Source: Bugula neritina (taxonomy: Eukaryota; Animalia; Bryozoa). From it: a stretch of DNA of 64,000 bases. Of the stretch, positions 1 to 26,920 are shown in pieces. The stretch's first letter is position 1. The number at the start of each line of letters is the position of its first letter. The translations under genes were made by a program, and so were the position numbers. The DNA is taken from assembly GCA_964035545.1 (NCBI GenBank), contig OZ037768.1, positions 682,001 through 746,000 of the forward strand, given 5' to 3'. The notes beneath the pieces are model-generated. The model ran no database searches and was not told the origin of the DNA. It saw only the letters and a program-made list of their open reading frames with translations.

Positions 1-3000
1 GACACTGATGACGCCAGCTCCTCCAGTAGCTTCACTTGGTTGGTTTTCTCGTGCACATTTTTGAGCAGTTTTTGAATGTGTATTCTTTTATCCTTGGCCT
101 AGCAAAATGTATACGGCAAGAATGAAACACAGAAACTATGGCAGCTTAGTGACTTCTTGACCATACAAACATGGCACCATGATGCAACGAGTGCAAACTT
201 ATGATTCTGCTTAAAACCACGATTCCTTAAAAGTATACTCACAAAAAATATACAAAGTTCGATTTTTATTTACTAGAAATGTGTTAAGAGCCATCTCCTT
301 GGTGCACAATGCTTGTTCAAGCTTTTAATAGTTTAGGTGAGCAAAAACATTTTAATTAATATTTCAGTTTTATTCCACATTTACTTTTTACTCCTCTCTA
401 ACTTCAGACTATATCATAAGATGTTTTAGTATTTGACATACTAAACTTAGACTTGGGGTATACTAGACTTAGACTTGAGGTATACTAGACTTAGACTTGA
501 GGTATTCTAGACTTAGACTTGAGGTATACTAGACTTAGACTTGAGTTATTCTAGACTTAGACTTGGGGTAAACTAGACTTAGACTTAGGGTATACTAGAC
601 TTAGACTTGAGGTATACTAGACTTAGACTTGAGGTAAACTAGACTTAGACTTGAGGTATACTAGACTTAGACTTGGGGTAAACTAGACTTAGACTTGAGG
701 TATACTAGACTTAGACTTGAGGTATACTAGACTTAGACTTGGGGTACACTAGACTTAGACTTGCGGTAAACTAGACTTAGACTTGAGGTATACTAGACTT
801 AGACTTGAGGTATACTAAACTTAGACTTGAGGTATACTAGACTTAGACTTGAGGTATACTAGACTTAGACTTGAGGTATACTAAACTTAGACTTGGGGTA
901 TACTAGACTTAGACTTGAGGTATACTAGACTTAGACTTGAGGTATTCTAGACTTAGACTTGAGGTATACTAGACTTAGACTTGAGTTATTCTAGACTTAG
1001 ACTTGGGGTAAACTAGACTTAGACTTGAGGTATACTAGACTTAGACTTGAGGTATACTAGACTTAGACTTGGGGTACACTAGACTTAGACTTGCGGTAAA
1101 CTAGACTTAGACTTGAGGTATACTAGACTTAGACTTGAGGTATACTAAACTTAGACTTGAGGTATACTAGACTTAGACTTGAGGTATACTAGACTTAGAC
1201 TTGAGGTATACTAGACTTAGACTTGAGGTATACTAGACTTAGACTTGAGGTATACTAAACTTAGACTTGAGGTATACTAAACTTAGACTTGAGGTATACT
1301 AAACTTAGACTTGAGGTATACTAGACTTAGACTTGAGGTATACTAGACTTAGACTTGAGGTATACTAGACTTAGACTTGGGGTATACTAGACTTAGACTT
1401 GAGGTATACTAGACTTAGACTTAGGGTATACTAGACTTAGACTTGAGGTATACTAGACTTAGACTTGAGGTATACTAGACTTAGACTTGAGGTATACTAG
1501 ACTTAGACTTGAGGTATACTAGACTTAGACTTGAGGTATACTAGACTTAGACTTGAGGTATACTAGACTTAGACTTGAGGTATACTAGACTTAGACTTGA
1601 GGTATACTAAACTTAGATTTGAGGTATACTAAACTTAGACTTGAGGTATACTAGACTTAGACTTGAGGTATACTAGACTTAGACTTGAGGTATACTAAAC
1701 TTAGACTTGGGGTATACTAGACTTAGACTTGAGGTATACTAAACTTAGACTTGGGGTATACTAGACTTAGACTTGAGGTATTCTAGACTTAGACTTGAGG
1801 TATTCTAGACTTAGACTTGCGGTATTCTAGACTTAGACTTGAGGTAAACTAGGTTAAACTTTATTTACAATTCAGTTTCTCCAAAACCGTTTCAACTCGA
1901 AAAGATGACTCACTGACTGTTATTACACAAGTTTCTTGTAATATTCTAGACAACAGGCAGTAATAGCATTACGTAGCTCTATTTCTGAGCTCATATGTTA
2001 GGCAAGAATCTGATGGGTGAGGAAATAATTAAAGACATTCATGGCACGCAAAGAACTATTAATTAATAACTTGTAAATTAAACCTATCCTTCAATGAATA
2101 AACAAAAGCGAATGAAGCAAGGGCATAGCTTTAGTTCTATAACTATCACTTACGGACTGTTCTTTACCCTCACCTGTATCAGTAGTGCATATGAGTTGGA
2201 ACTTAAACTACATTTATAGAAGGTAATATGCTTACCTTACTGTATTCTATTACAGGCCTGTGTGGAGAGCCCTCTCTGTCTAAAACAGCACACACAAGTT
2301 TAGCTTATCACCAGATCTCTACTAACGTGTCATTCTATTTTTAGATCCAGTAGAACTATTTATAGCTGTGCCAGATATGGGACCACAGCTTATATTCTAA
2401 TGTCCATATGGAGGCTCACTGACATGAGAGGAATTGAAACTGAAGTAGCAACTGGAGCAGTGTGAATGGTTTAAACTTTAAAAGAACTTGCTTTAACAAA
2501 GTTAACTTGATTGACTTGGTTTCGAGAGACTTGAGTTAATAAGTTTGACTTGAGGAACTTGACTGACATATACATCAGTTCCAGAGAGTAGTAGTGCATG
2601 GTGAACATCCTATATTGTGTTTATTGCGCTTACTGTAAATAATGTCTCCATTCCGAATTCTGTTATTCCGGGACTTTCGTTTATTTACCAGCCAAGACTC
2701 AACAGTCTCCTCTGACACGTAGTTCTGGATGTACTGGTCGAGGAGAGATGGGTTGTCTTGGAGGAAGTTGATGACTGTGTCATTGTTAATATCTGTAGTA
2801 TGAAACACAGAATAACTATAAGAAAGTGCTTTGCTACAGGGACTACAGTTTAGTGAGTGCTGGACTACAGTTTAGTGAATGACTACAGTTTAGTGAGCGA
2901 GTGACTACAGTTTAGTGAGTGCTGGACTATAGTGAGCAAGTATGCTATCAATGAGAGTGACATTAAGAAAACTGGGCACAATCGATAAACTATATACCTA

Positions 3001-6000
3001 CAGTTTGATAATTTAAAATTACAGTTTAATTAAGTTGTTAATAAGTTTTCAGTTCTCCAGTTGGTCAAGTGCTAATTAGCAATAATTAGTAATTAGCAAT
3101 CAGTGTCAACAGGTTTTTACAGACATGAGGTTTTGGCAAACAACTAGAATTCTGACAGATACTATAGTACAGGAAATATTAGATATATAATAGTTATAAT
3201 AGAATAAAATAGGTTACATAACACCATAAGTGTGCCTTAATAATACGATATGCTTGTCCTTAATCCTTTTATTTTGACCTGTCCCTCCCTGGTCACATGT
3301 CAAGCATAGCTGCATTTCAATTTGCATTAAATTGATTTCTTTTTAGAGAGATGCTGTTGTTACAAAACCAGTGAACCTTTTTAGAGAACAAACTAAACAT
3401 AATAATTTTGATCTGGGCCAGATTGAAGCTTTGCTAACCTATAGAGCAAAACCTTAAAATGAAAATGCATATTCTTACATGAAATATGGAAATAATACAT
3501 ATTGTGTGAACAATGTTGCACATTCAATAGTTGCATGTTTTGTGCTGAGAAGTAAAAAACCTTGCCAGGTTTGTCTTAAAGGTGGATAAGTTCTTACAAT
3601 ACCAATATTTTACACTGCAGAAAGTTCGTACAAGTTGTGTTATGAAATGTTCAAAAGGTAGCAGCAAAAATCGTCTGGTGAATTCAATTAAACTGATGTA
3701 AGCTCAGCCTAGGCAAATAACAGAGTCCTTAATAGAATGCTAATTTAATATTTCTATAAATACAGCCCTACACATACAATGGCGATCGATTGAATCTATA
3801 AAACTTTACATTCAGATATATTTCTTGATATTGGCAAGTGTTCTTCATCCCGTGTCAATGATCCCACAATTGTTGATAGTCTTCTATACAACTGAATAGT
3901 GTAGATTTTATTGGCTGGATGTGGTAGTCATGGTAACTACTCACTGCTCGCTACTCTATAATCTATATCATTCTGGTAACATGATTATTCACTGTTGTTT
4001 GTTTAAGGCTATTATAAACTTATTTGATTTTTGCCAATCGTGATGATTATAGCATAGCTTCCTCTCACCATAACTAATTTTACTTGCTTATTTCATCTAT
4101 TACTTTATTTACTTACTTGTTTATTTATTTTTGAATAAAACAGTAAATTTTGGTATTGGTGATGCTCCAATCAGCTTGTGCGTAGCCTAGCAACCAGTAA
4201 ATACTGTTTCCTATTGTTTTAGGTTTATAATATTAACATCATATAGAAAACTGTTCAGCTTCATTCACTATTGTCATGTGCAATACATGCACTATTTTCT
4301 CCTGCAATACGCGTATTACCTATCTAGTAATATAATAAATAGTATATTACTATGTCTACTCTATACCTAGCAATATAATAAATAGTATATTACTATGTCT
4401 ACCCTATACCTAGCAATATAGCACTAGAGACTGGGGGGGGGGGGGGGGGGGTGTTATAGTAGCCATATTGTCTCTAGTCTATGGAGCACACAGTGTGTTT
4501 ATAAGGTCACATGACCTATAAGCATCCTATACAGAATAAGGGGGTAAAAAAATTCGGAGCGTAAATCATACTAAGGGAAAGAGTAAACTGCATCTAGAGA
4601 AAGGGGATTAAATGTAGTATTCTAATAAATTATAAAAGTTATATAAACTGCAATCGTAACACTTGAGTTTAATTTCTGTGTTTATTCCTTTCAGTTTCTT
4701 AGAAGTGCATGCTTGGTATACAAACCCTTTAAATCCAGTTTGCGGCCAACAGGAGTATCATGTAATAATCAAAGCGATAGGCTGAGATGGCATTTAATTT
4801 GAATAAAAGGCGGATGTGGGCCACTCAAAGAGCAGTAATATCACCAATAGCTCAAAGATTAGGTTTTATACAAGCTTTGAATATTTATTTTCCTTAAATC
4901 GCTTCAAAAGATTACACGACTCTTACATTCATCTAAGCTTAGTATAGCGGTACATGCAGATAATTCAAGTTTTATTACAGAGTAACCCGAAGTCTAACTT
5001 GAGTAACTCAACTCTAACTTTAGCAGCCCGAGTTTAGCTCAAAGAACCCGAGTAACTTAACTTAAGTCAAGTCCATAAGGAGCTTACTCAACATAATTTC
5101 AAGTCATTATAAAGAAGTTGGGTCAACCCACAGTGTCAACTAGAGAAATTATTTTCCTTATAGCTGCCATGTTGATTAAATTTAATTTCAAACAGGAAGT
5201 GAACTGCCAGAAGTAGCAGCTTTCAGAGTTACTCAAAATTTGTCTAAAAGGCAATGAAACCAGCAGTAAAAACTGTAAATGTAATTAGTATATCTACTAT
5301 TATAATAACTATTACTTAAAATTAAATCATCGGATAATAATATTATCTAAGTTGAACAATTAATTTGCGGTTTTTAAAGATCAGCCTATATTAGGAGAAT
5401 AGTGTTCACTAACTATAATTGATGAATAATGTATTTAATTACTGGCATAATTATTATGTAATAATGTTATATTAATACAGTTATATAGTATCTATGAGTT
5501 GTATACTGGTATAATAAACAGTATGTATATTATACTGCATTATACTGCATACTCAATAGTGTATAATTATATTTCCTAATATAACAATTTTGGTGCATAC
5601 AGATGCTGAATATCTATTCATTTTTCGTTCTAATTCCAAACTAAAACTCTCGAACACAATAATTTTCAAAAACTCATCTGAAACTGTGACAAGGGAACCT
5701 GTTTATAAGAACTTGTGTCAGTAGTTTGTTGGATTTAAGGAGAAATAACTCCACGTACCTGAGTGATTGTATAGATTCATACCAAGATAAACCAACCTTC
5801 GCCAGCAAATTTAAATATCATTATAATATTAAACTGATGTGAAGCCCAGTGTTGGTTGCTAAACTAAATTAATTATTGATATTTCGCAGTCAATAGCAGC
5901 AGCAGTAGCAGTGGCAGCAGTAGCAGTAGCAGTGGCAGCAGTTGTTAAGCTACTAGTTACAATTCACACAAATTCTATACTCAACAAACGGCTAAGGAGC

Positions 6001-9000
6001 CAATATAAGTATGCTATACACAGCGTCGTGCAACTCAGCAATGAGTTGAATAGCTATTAAGAAGTTCTGACAATACAAGCTATTCATACGAATTAACATT
6101 ATGTAATTACAGAGCCTAGCAAAGCAAACACTCTCTCGAGTGTACCAACCCACTATTGCATCATGATTCAATTAGACAACTCTTATTAGCTGCAAATTTA
6201 AAACTCTAGGCTTTCTATTAGTCTAGATAGCCTTAGGGTATCTACATAGCCTTAGATATTAGGCAGAGATGTGCTACCTTTTCCGGTGCTTATGCTACTC
6301 TTCCCTAACCTACTGATGGTTAATTTATTGCTACAATCTTGCAGCAGCTTCTAGTAGATTGCTGTGCAGGTTTAAAGTTCGTTCTTCATGGAACATCCCT
6401 TACTGAGGGGACAAACAGTTGGTCAACTTATTTATCTTAAGACGGAGATAAAGCTTTAATGTCAATAAAATTAACTTTCTGATAACATAACAAAATAAAG
6501 AAATTGATAAGAATGAGCCCAGCTTCTCCCTAATAACTCTCAAACTTAATATAACATAATATAATTAGGTAAATAACTACTTTTACATTGATAATTTATG
6601 CTACTGTCGTAATGTACGTATAAACAGAACAGATACATTCAGTTATAATGCATATATCATACTGTAAAACAAAAACTAATATCGCTTGGATGATAGTTGA
6701 TAATGTACACTGAATAACTAATATATTACAGTAAGCACAGCAGTTCCCCTTCCTCGGTTATTTCAAATAATCACAAATCACAGCAGCAGCGATACACAAC
6801 ATATCCTTAGTAACAAAGACTTGTGGGAAGATTTTAGAGATGTATTAAGTTAGAGAAGAACCCAATGGCTTGAGTTTCCTTTACGTCATTAGAATGCTTC
6901 TGCCATCTCCAGGGAGCTGTTACTTGGAGAGCGTGCAGTCTTCATGGATTAGTAGATTATTATTTATTAATAAGATGTGTGTGAGAGAGTTGTATAAAAC
7001 ACCTTTTATTAAATACCATCAAATGTTGCATCACAAAATCGTGCTGCCGCTTGAAACAGCATCTAAGACTCTGACATGAAGTCATGAAGACAGGAAATTA
7101 TACTCAGTTTCTGTCATTCACAAGCAACAAAAGTTTTTCATGGCTCCACGGCTCAAGGGTACTTTGACCCAAAGTAGATTCAATCAGTGAACAACTGTCA
7201 CTCCGGAGTATGTGTATAAATTATGTGAAATAGTTATGTAGGCTTAAAGTTAATACATGAAACGAAATAAAAAACTTTTATACATTTAATTTGTTATTTT
7301 TAATATTTTGAAACAATCAAACTCTGCAATTTCAAAATAAATGTTATAAGATCAGCTTAGAAACTCTTTATTTTAATTTAAGTTTAACTTTGAAATAATA
7401 TAATTACATTTTCAGATCTTTACTTCTAACAGCTGTCTTTGTAGACCCCATGCTAACTAGCAACTGAACTGGCAACTGAACTAGCAACTGTACTAGCAAC
7501 TGTACTAGCAACAGTACTAGCAACTGTACTAGCAACTGTACTAGCAACAGTACTAGCAACAGTACTAGCAACTGTACTAGCAACAGTACTAGCAACAGTA
7601 CTAGCAACAGTACTAGCAACTGTACTAGCAACAGTACTAGCAACAGTACTAGCAACAGTACTAGCAACAGTACTAACAACAGCACTAACAATCCTGTCAA
7701 ACCCAAATCCATTCAGCAAAAACTAATTTTACGTATTATTTCTTTTGTCACTATTTATAGAATCATCAGCTGTATTATAACAAATAAATAACTAGCAGTA
7801 CAGTCTGCCCTATTGATTATATAATAGATACATATACGCTGTGTTATTATATACATTATAATACATGCATGATGTAATATTTTATATAATATATTATACA
7901 GACCGTATCATTATAATATATAATATATACATGCTGTAATATTATAGTCTGTTGCTATAGAAATCATCATCTATACAATATAACAGATGGAAGTAGTACC
8001 TCATGCATATTATCTGTATCTTTATAGGTAAAGTAGCTGCCACTATATAAACAGCTGACACATCTTACAGCTAATTAATAACTGCTGACTTAACCATACA
8101 ACTGTAATCATTCACCCAGCACCCAGCTATATCATATATCTCTAATACAGTGCTATTCAAGTATAATGTTTTGTAGCTTGATATTATACTCATTTTTCCT
8201 GAATATCCCAACTTCTACTTCCATAGCTTTAGCTACAGAAACTTTTTTAATTTAGCTCAAAATGTCAAGCCCAGCAGACCTACAACTTTGAGGGGTTCTA
8301 ACAGATAGCCCAAAACTTGCATAATTCTATAAGATTTGTACCACCATACAAAGTCCAGACATGATTGGAAAATAAAGGCTATTATTTATTGTAAATTAAT
8401 GATATCATTTGCATTGTTAATCGATTCTAAAAGCAATCATTTTAATTAAGATTTAATTAAATAATTAGAGTAATCTTTTTTACTATTATAGACAAGTAAA
8501 AAGCATTGAATTTGCTGCGGGATTCACATGCCACGCCTCGGTTTGTTAATTTCTGGTTAGATATTAGACCTGAATTTATACTCAGCAATCAGCTATCTAA
8601 ACATCCCTTCTCACATGGACTAGTTGCTAAGGAATGGAAGTGGAGAGAAATAGTAACAACATACAGTCATGAACTTTGTACATTACAGCATCAAAGTACC
8701 AAATAAAAATGTTATTTTAGCTTCAACTACGGCTTGAGAACTTATTTCAAAGACCAAAAATATTTCCTAGTTGTTTGCTTGTGGGTAAAATGAATACCTG
8801 TGATTAGTAAGAAAACAGCAACAGGATTTGATGCTCAACGGCTGGTGGAAAGTGAAGGATAAGAAAGTAAACAAGTGGCTAATAACAAGGTTTTGATATA
8901 AATTATTAAAAGACATTAAAACAACAACAGCCATTATAATAAAATATTATCTTTACAAGATTGCCAATTTTCCCACACTTACAGATAGGTCATGTGACTA

Positions 9001-12000
9001 CCAAGATGGCCAAGTTTTAATAAGAAAATGTTTGTTAGCATAAGAGTGTTTTAGAGCTGGAGGTATATACACATAAAGCTGAAAAAGAAGCTAGACCGTT
9101 ACTAGGGGCATATTATTTTATCCACTGGCGAAGTAACAGCTCCTAAAACATATGCCTCTAAAATAGGCTCAGTATTTCAGACTTGAAACAACGAGAAAGT
9201 GTTATACTGAGTAAGTAAATGTGTTAATCAGTGACAACATCAGTTTCGAGCCAAAGTTACGAGTTACCTTGATCACGGTGCAGCTGAATTATACCACAAC
9301 ATAACTTCCTCAAGTCTGTCAACAGGAAACAAGGTTTAATAGAATAACACACAACAGTAAGCTAGCAGCGACAGCTATCACTAGGAGATGGTGACTCACA
9401 TGCATACGGGTAACCTAAACTCAAATCTAAGTTTCTCTCTACCAGAATCAACTCTGCCAGTATTAGCCCAAGTTCTCAAGTCGTAGCATGAGTCATGATA
9501 GTCACACTTCATAGCCCGACAAATACACCAGTTTTTGAAAGAATAAAATACATCTGGCCTAAGGTTAAGCTAAAAGCTGGTTATTTTACTCATCTTTATA
9601 GAGATAGGGGAAGTGAATAGACTAGCTACAGAACCCTGGCTAAATGCTGCCCTATTACATAATATGATGACTCACCTACTCCGAGGCTCATGGCAGCAAG
9701 CTACACTTCCTGTTTAACGAAAGTCATTCTTTGGCTGCTTTTACTGTCCAACAAAATATTAGAATTCCTTTCCCTAGCTATTCAATTCAATGTATAAATT
9801 AATATCCGTTAGGAGAGAAGACGTATAGCCTATTATGTAACAACTCAGTAAAAGTGTATGACACGTGGTTTAATAAAATTCACAAGTTGTCAACGGAAAA
9901 GTTATAACATTGAGAGAGTTGTTAAGCTAGCCTAACATTGCCTGCGTTCAAGATGGCAAATACTGATTATTGATTTTATATAATACATTACACGCTACAC
10001 GCAGCTTTGGAGTGGAAACCGTATGGAGAACAAAATGTATGAAACGTAATAATAAATGTACTACACTAACAAATACAAGTACTCGCCCAAGTACTCGCAT
10101 TCATCAACACCCAGTATGCTATTACAGCTCGTGTTAATATCAATATGTCTATTAATAAAACGCAATTCTACGTTGTCAATCACTCTCGTATATTTGTTAA
10201 TCAGCATTTCGATGTACACTGTGCCAGTTAATTAGCCTTTGGCATTTGTAATACATGTAGCTGTAGAATAAAGTTTCACTTTCAAAGTGAAATTTAATGT
10301 TTGACTTGTGGCCAAAGGCTATTTTTATCTTTATAAGGCTACTATTTGATCAGGTAGTTTATTAGTGTTGACTTAAATCAAATAGCCTAGTAATTGGTAA
10401 ACCAACTTTTCATAATCACCTCTCTTAAACCATGTGTGAAATTTCATCTGTTGTTTGTGCAAAGCATGTAATTTGAATATAATTATGTTTGTCTAGTTGA
10501 GCTAGGAGTTTATATTGAACAGTGAATGTGACAAACAAACCAAGTTCTTGAGATTTTCTTGTCCAATAGCAACACCTGAAAGATTTAGTGCAGTGAAAGC
10601 TGAAAATATTGAAGTGATGAATGTAATTTATTTTTTTCTTTTTGGAATATAGTACAAACAAATATAATTGATAAATTTGTAGCTGTGCACCAAATATTCA
10701 ATTTGTAAAATTTAATATTAGTATAAGCTTTTTATTTAAATTATTTATAAGTCATATATATAGGTCACATATATAGGCCATGTATATATGTAGGTTGTGT
10801 ATATAGGTCATGTATATATGTAGGTTGTGTATATAGGTCATGTATATATGTAGGTTGTGTATGTAGGTCATGTATATATGTAGGTTGTGTATATAGGTCA
10901 TGTATATATGTAGGTTGTGTATGTAGGTCATGTATATATGTAGGTTGTGTATATAGGTCATGTATATATGTAGACCAAGCAAATTATTAGAGATAATATT
11001 CTGTTCATAGTTCAGTCTTTTGCTAATGATTTCAATTTTTGTATTTCCTTACTAGAAAAATTTAAAATTAGACTATTTCAGAGCAGACAAACTTTTAGCA
11101 TAATGTAATAATTTTGAGCTTCTCAAATCAAAATCAATACCCATGCATAGACGACTCCAACTTTCACACACTTGTACACACAACTCCTACTTTCATACAC
11201 ATGTACACACAACTCCTACTTTCATACACATGTACACACAACTCCAACTTTTATACACATGTACACACAACTCCTACTTCCATACACATGTACACACAAC
11301 TCCTACTTTCATACACATGTACACACAACTCCAACTTTTATACACATGTACACACAACTCCTACTTCCATACACATGTACACACAACTCCTACTTTCATA
11401 CACATGTACACACAACTCCTAGTTTTCACAATAACAATTTTAATGTATCCTGTTATGAATCATACATTTCTGAAAATAGCGTTGAGCTCCATGAATATAA
11501 ACCAGCTAAAAATAGTTTATGCCATTTTTATTTCTGTTTTTGTTCTAAAAATAAAAACTATTTCACTACTTGCACTGTTACAATCTACAGATCTAAGGTT
11601 TTATGTGAGTTGTAAAATAATATTTCTATATATGATATGCTATATCCATTAGTGTTCTATAGAACTTTTATATTATTGTATTATAGTTATTGCCATCACA
11701 TATTATTGCATTATATTTATTACGTATCATATTTTATTACTGTATTCCAACAACTCTGATGCTAAGAGCACATAAATTACAACTAATTACATTATACCTT
11801 TATGTATTACAACTTACTACTGAATATCCTAATAGCCTTACTATCATAATATTGTTCTATTTACATTGTATAATATATATTATTATTATTTATGTAGCAA
11901 TATACTACTATTTAATATTACTGTATAACTACTTAGCAGTATTCTCAATATAAATACAAATTTCACAAAATAATTACCTAAGAAATCGCCTGATAAAAGG

Positions 12001-12679
12001 TTTAGAATTTATAAAGCTCATAAACATGATGAAAGCTGTGTATGAAGACTGCCAGCTACTGTTGAATCACATCCATGTGGAGATGATTCTCTATTTTGAT
12101 TTTAAACCAATTTACAATAATATATATAAGTTTCATTATTATGTTGCCAGTTTCTATCGATGAGTTACTGAGGAGAATAATAGTGTGACTAGTGCTACAG
12201 TACCATGTGACTAGTATCATGTGACTAGTATCATGTGACTAGTACCCTGTGACTAGTACCATGTGACTAGTATCATGTGACTAGTATCATGTGACTAGTA
12301 TCATGTGACTAGTATCATGTGACTAGTATCATGTGACTAGTACCCTGTGACTAGTACCATGTGACTAGTACCATGTGACTAGTACCATGAGACTAGTGTC
12401 ATGTGACTAGTACCATGTGACTAGTACCATGTGACTAGTATCATGTGACTAGTATCATGTGACTAGTATCATGTGACTAGTGTCATGTGACGTACCATTG
12501 ATCAGATCTCCCAAGGTGCACGTGTGTCTGTTACTGGTTCCGTTGGCCCAGACTTTACTTGCCGAGACGTGACGGCGGCGGCCATTTGCCGGCTGCACGT
12601 TGAATCCGTTGGTGCTGAGCAGAGCTGCCGCTGTTGTTTTTCTGGTGCTGCTTGGCATTGGTTTACAAGGTTCGTGCAT
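1..12679 (-). CDS. PDE10A: cyclic-nucleotide phosphodiesterase, PDE10A-like, 5' part (continues beyond left edge)
   Basis: Phase-consistent exons 12496-12679 (MHEPCK...GDLING, phase 1), 2634-2792 (DINNDTVINFLQDNPSLLDQYIQNYVSEETVESWL), 2236-2279 (NREGSPHRPVIEYSK) and <1-98 (AKDKRIHIQKLLKNVHEKTNQVKLLEELASSVS). Resembles the PDE10A N-terminus ([32 protein letters not shown] ... NQLLLYELSS) preceding GAF-A. First-exon choice uncertain; catalytic domain lies outside the window. Confidence 0.7.
438..1852. repeat. 22-bp minisatellite (GACTTAGACTTGAGGTATACTA), ~64 copies, PDE intron
   Basis: Direct inspection. Confidence 0.95.
7454..7690. repeat. 12-bp tandem repeat (ACTAGCAACWGT)
   Basis: Direct inspection; explains the VAST/LLVQ pseudo-ORFs. 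Confidence 0.95.
10762..11420. repeat. two minisatellites: 30-bp (10762-10973) and 29-bp (11155-11420)
   Basis: Units ATATAGGTCATGTATATATGTAGGTTGTGT and ACACATGTACACACAACTCCTACTTTCAT. Confidence 0.9.
12185..12491. repeat. 14-bp minisatellite (ATCATGTGACTAGT) abutting a PDE donor site
   Basis: Direct inspection. Confidence 0.9.
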
Positions 12680-15110
12680 CTGCTAGCAATACAAAGGAGG
12701 ATAGATAGTGATTATTTTAGTGTAAAAAAAATATAAGCAATCACTTATGTATTTTTGAAATTGAAGGCGCAATCAACCTGAGAAAGTGATCACATCTCTT
12801 TTGCTTTAAACTTTTATTGACTAAATTTTTTTATATATTGTACAAATTAGAAATAATTAATACGCTCAGTTGAAGGATATAACCGTACAAAGTTAGAATA
12901 CTGTAACTAATAGAATATTGTATTTGTTGGTGAGTAGACAAGGCTGGAGTTAATCTAACATACCCTTTCAATGAGAAATTTCTCAAACTTTATAACTTGG
13001 CTCTTCACAAACATGAATGCAGCAGGGCCTAAAACATGTTATTTACCAGATAAAGTATAGACAATGAGGTGTAGAGAGCACAAAATAATTGTAGACCATA
13101 GAGTATAGAGTATATAGATTTTATAGAGTACAGACAGTGAAATATAGGGTATAGCTTATATGCTACAAAACATAGACAATAGAGTGTATATAATTTATAT
13201 AGACTATAGAACATAGAGTTTAGATTGTATACTATAGATTATAAAGTATAGATTATAAAGTGCAAATCATATAGTCTATAAATAGATTCTAATAAAATAA
13301 AATTGTTTTTATAAATTTCTTAGTCAAATCAAATGCAGTGTGTAGTAAAATATCATAAATGTAACACCATCAGCATATAAATTCAAATATATTGACAGCT
13401 GAAAGTAAATTTTAAATAAGGTTTCTTTACTTAAACTGTACTTAGTTTCAATAACCATGATATAAGAATTATGATCTTACCACCGTCATGTGATTTGTGA
13501 ATACCATTCATGAGGCACGGTTAAAGAACATTTATAAAAACTTCTAGTGCTGCCTCCAGATGATTCCTGATGTTCCTTCGATGTCAGCTGAAATGAGGCT
13601 TTCCGTGGCAGCACATTCACTAATCAATTGACGTGGAAATGCTGGAGGCAACATTTTGTCAACTGGATTCTGATTGGTCAAGAAGGATCTAATGTAATAT
13701 TCCACTCAGAAAGTCTATACGAGAATTAGATTAACTGGGAAAGAGCAGTATAAATGGATACACTAATATAACTGACAAACAGCAAACCAACATGGTGCCA
13801 AGTTAACTCGATTACTGCACAGCACCAGTCTTACATAATCCAATCATTAGCTGCATGTAAACACAGAATCATTAGAGACAAGAGGTCGTATTTTGCATGA
13901 AAAACTGGCTGTCGTGTTTTGCATCAGGCCGTTGTTTCTCAACGACAGAAATTCTATGAACTGTTGAAGTTGCAGCAACCAATCAACATGGATGAATAAT
14001 CACATGCCTTTAATAAAGAAAATCAGCTGCTAAACTTCCGAAAGATTTGTTATAACTTTTAAGCAATAGGCTGCATTGTGACACTGTAGAAGGGAAGCTG
14101 TATAACATGTTATAGAATATTAAGCATAGAATATGAAGTTTAGAGTATAGAATACAGAGTAGGGAGTATTATGGAGTAAAGAGTATATGTTGTAAAGTAC
14201 AGGGTATAGAACATAGCATACAGAGTAAATATTATAGTGCATAGTGTAGAGTACAGGGTATAGAACATAGCATATAGAGTGCAGGGTATAGAACATAGCA
14301 TATAGAGTATATATTATAGTGCATAGTGTAGAGTACAGGGTATAGAACATAGCATATAGAGTGCAGGGTATAGAACATAGCATATAGAGTGCAGGGTATA
14401 GAACATAGCATACAGAGTAAATATTATAGTGCATAGTGTAGAGTACAGGGTATAGAACATAGCATATAGAGTATAGGGTATAGAACATAGCATATAGAGT
14501 GCAGGGTATAGAAGGTTTACCATTCCTTGGATGCAGAATTAAAAAAACTGAACTTGGAGTATATTTTATTTCCAATCATTAAAAAACTGGAAACATTGTT
14601 GCCTGCTTTGTAAGCTACTAGATAATTGGGTAAAAAGTTAGCCAAGGTAAGAACTTAGAAAATATCAATATAATAATCGAGTCAAGTTTTGTATAAAACA
14701 ACAATGACTGATATACGTGAAGAAAAAGCACTAATTGATAATAAAGGTCTTATTATTTAAACTTGTTCCAAGCTTTGCATATATTTTAAGTACCATGGAA
14801 ATGAAAGTATTTAAAAGAAAAATAAATCAACAGAATAAAATCAACAGGATAAATCAACAGGATAAAATCAACAGAATAAAATCAACACGATAAAATCAAC
14901 AAGAAAGAAGCAAATTTAAGGGGCACCTGAATCACAGAGCTCTCTAGTTGAGGAGAGATATTGTACATCATTTCACAATAATAACAGTTTTTGTATTTAA
15001 CTGAGGCAATGTAGTAGGCTTTAACTTTAGTCTAAAAACAGTCACAAAGTTAATGTAATTACAGTCACAGAACTGACTAAACAGGCAGTTAAAGTGTTGG
15101 TTATGAAAAG

Positions 15111-26841
<11,731 letters not shown>

Positions 26842-26910
26842 AAGTGCAGCATGGAAGCTGTGTAACGTTATCTCTTTGCCTTCAGCAGTTGCTAGAGATT
26901 TGATGACTCG

Positions 26911-26920
26911 CTTTATATAC
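26911..26920 (-). promoter_or_regulatory. candidate TATA box of the NOX5-like gene
   Basis: Minus strand GTATATAAAG about 70 nt upstream of ATG|GTAAGT at 26841. Confidence 0.4.
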
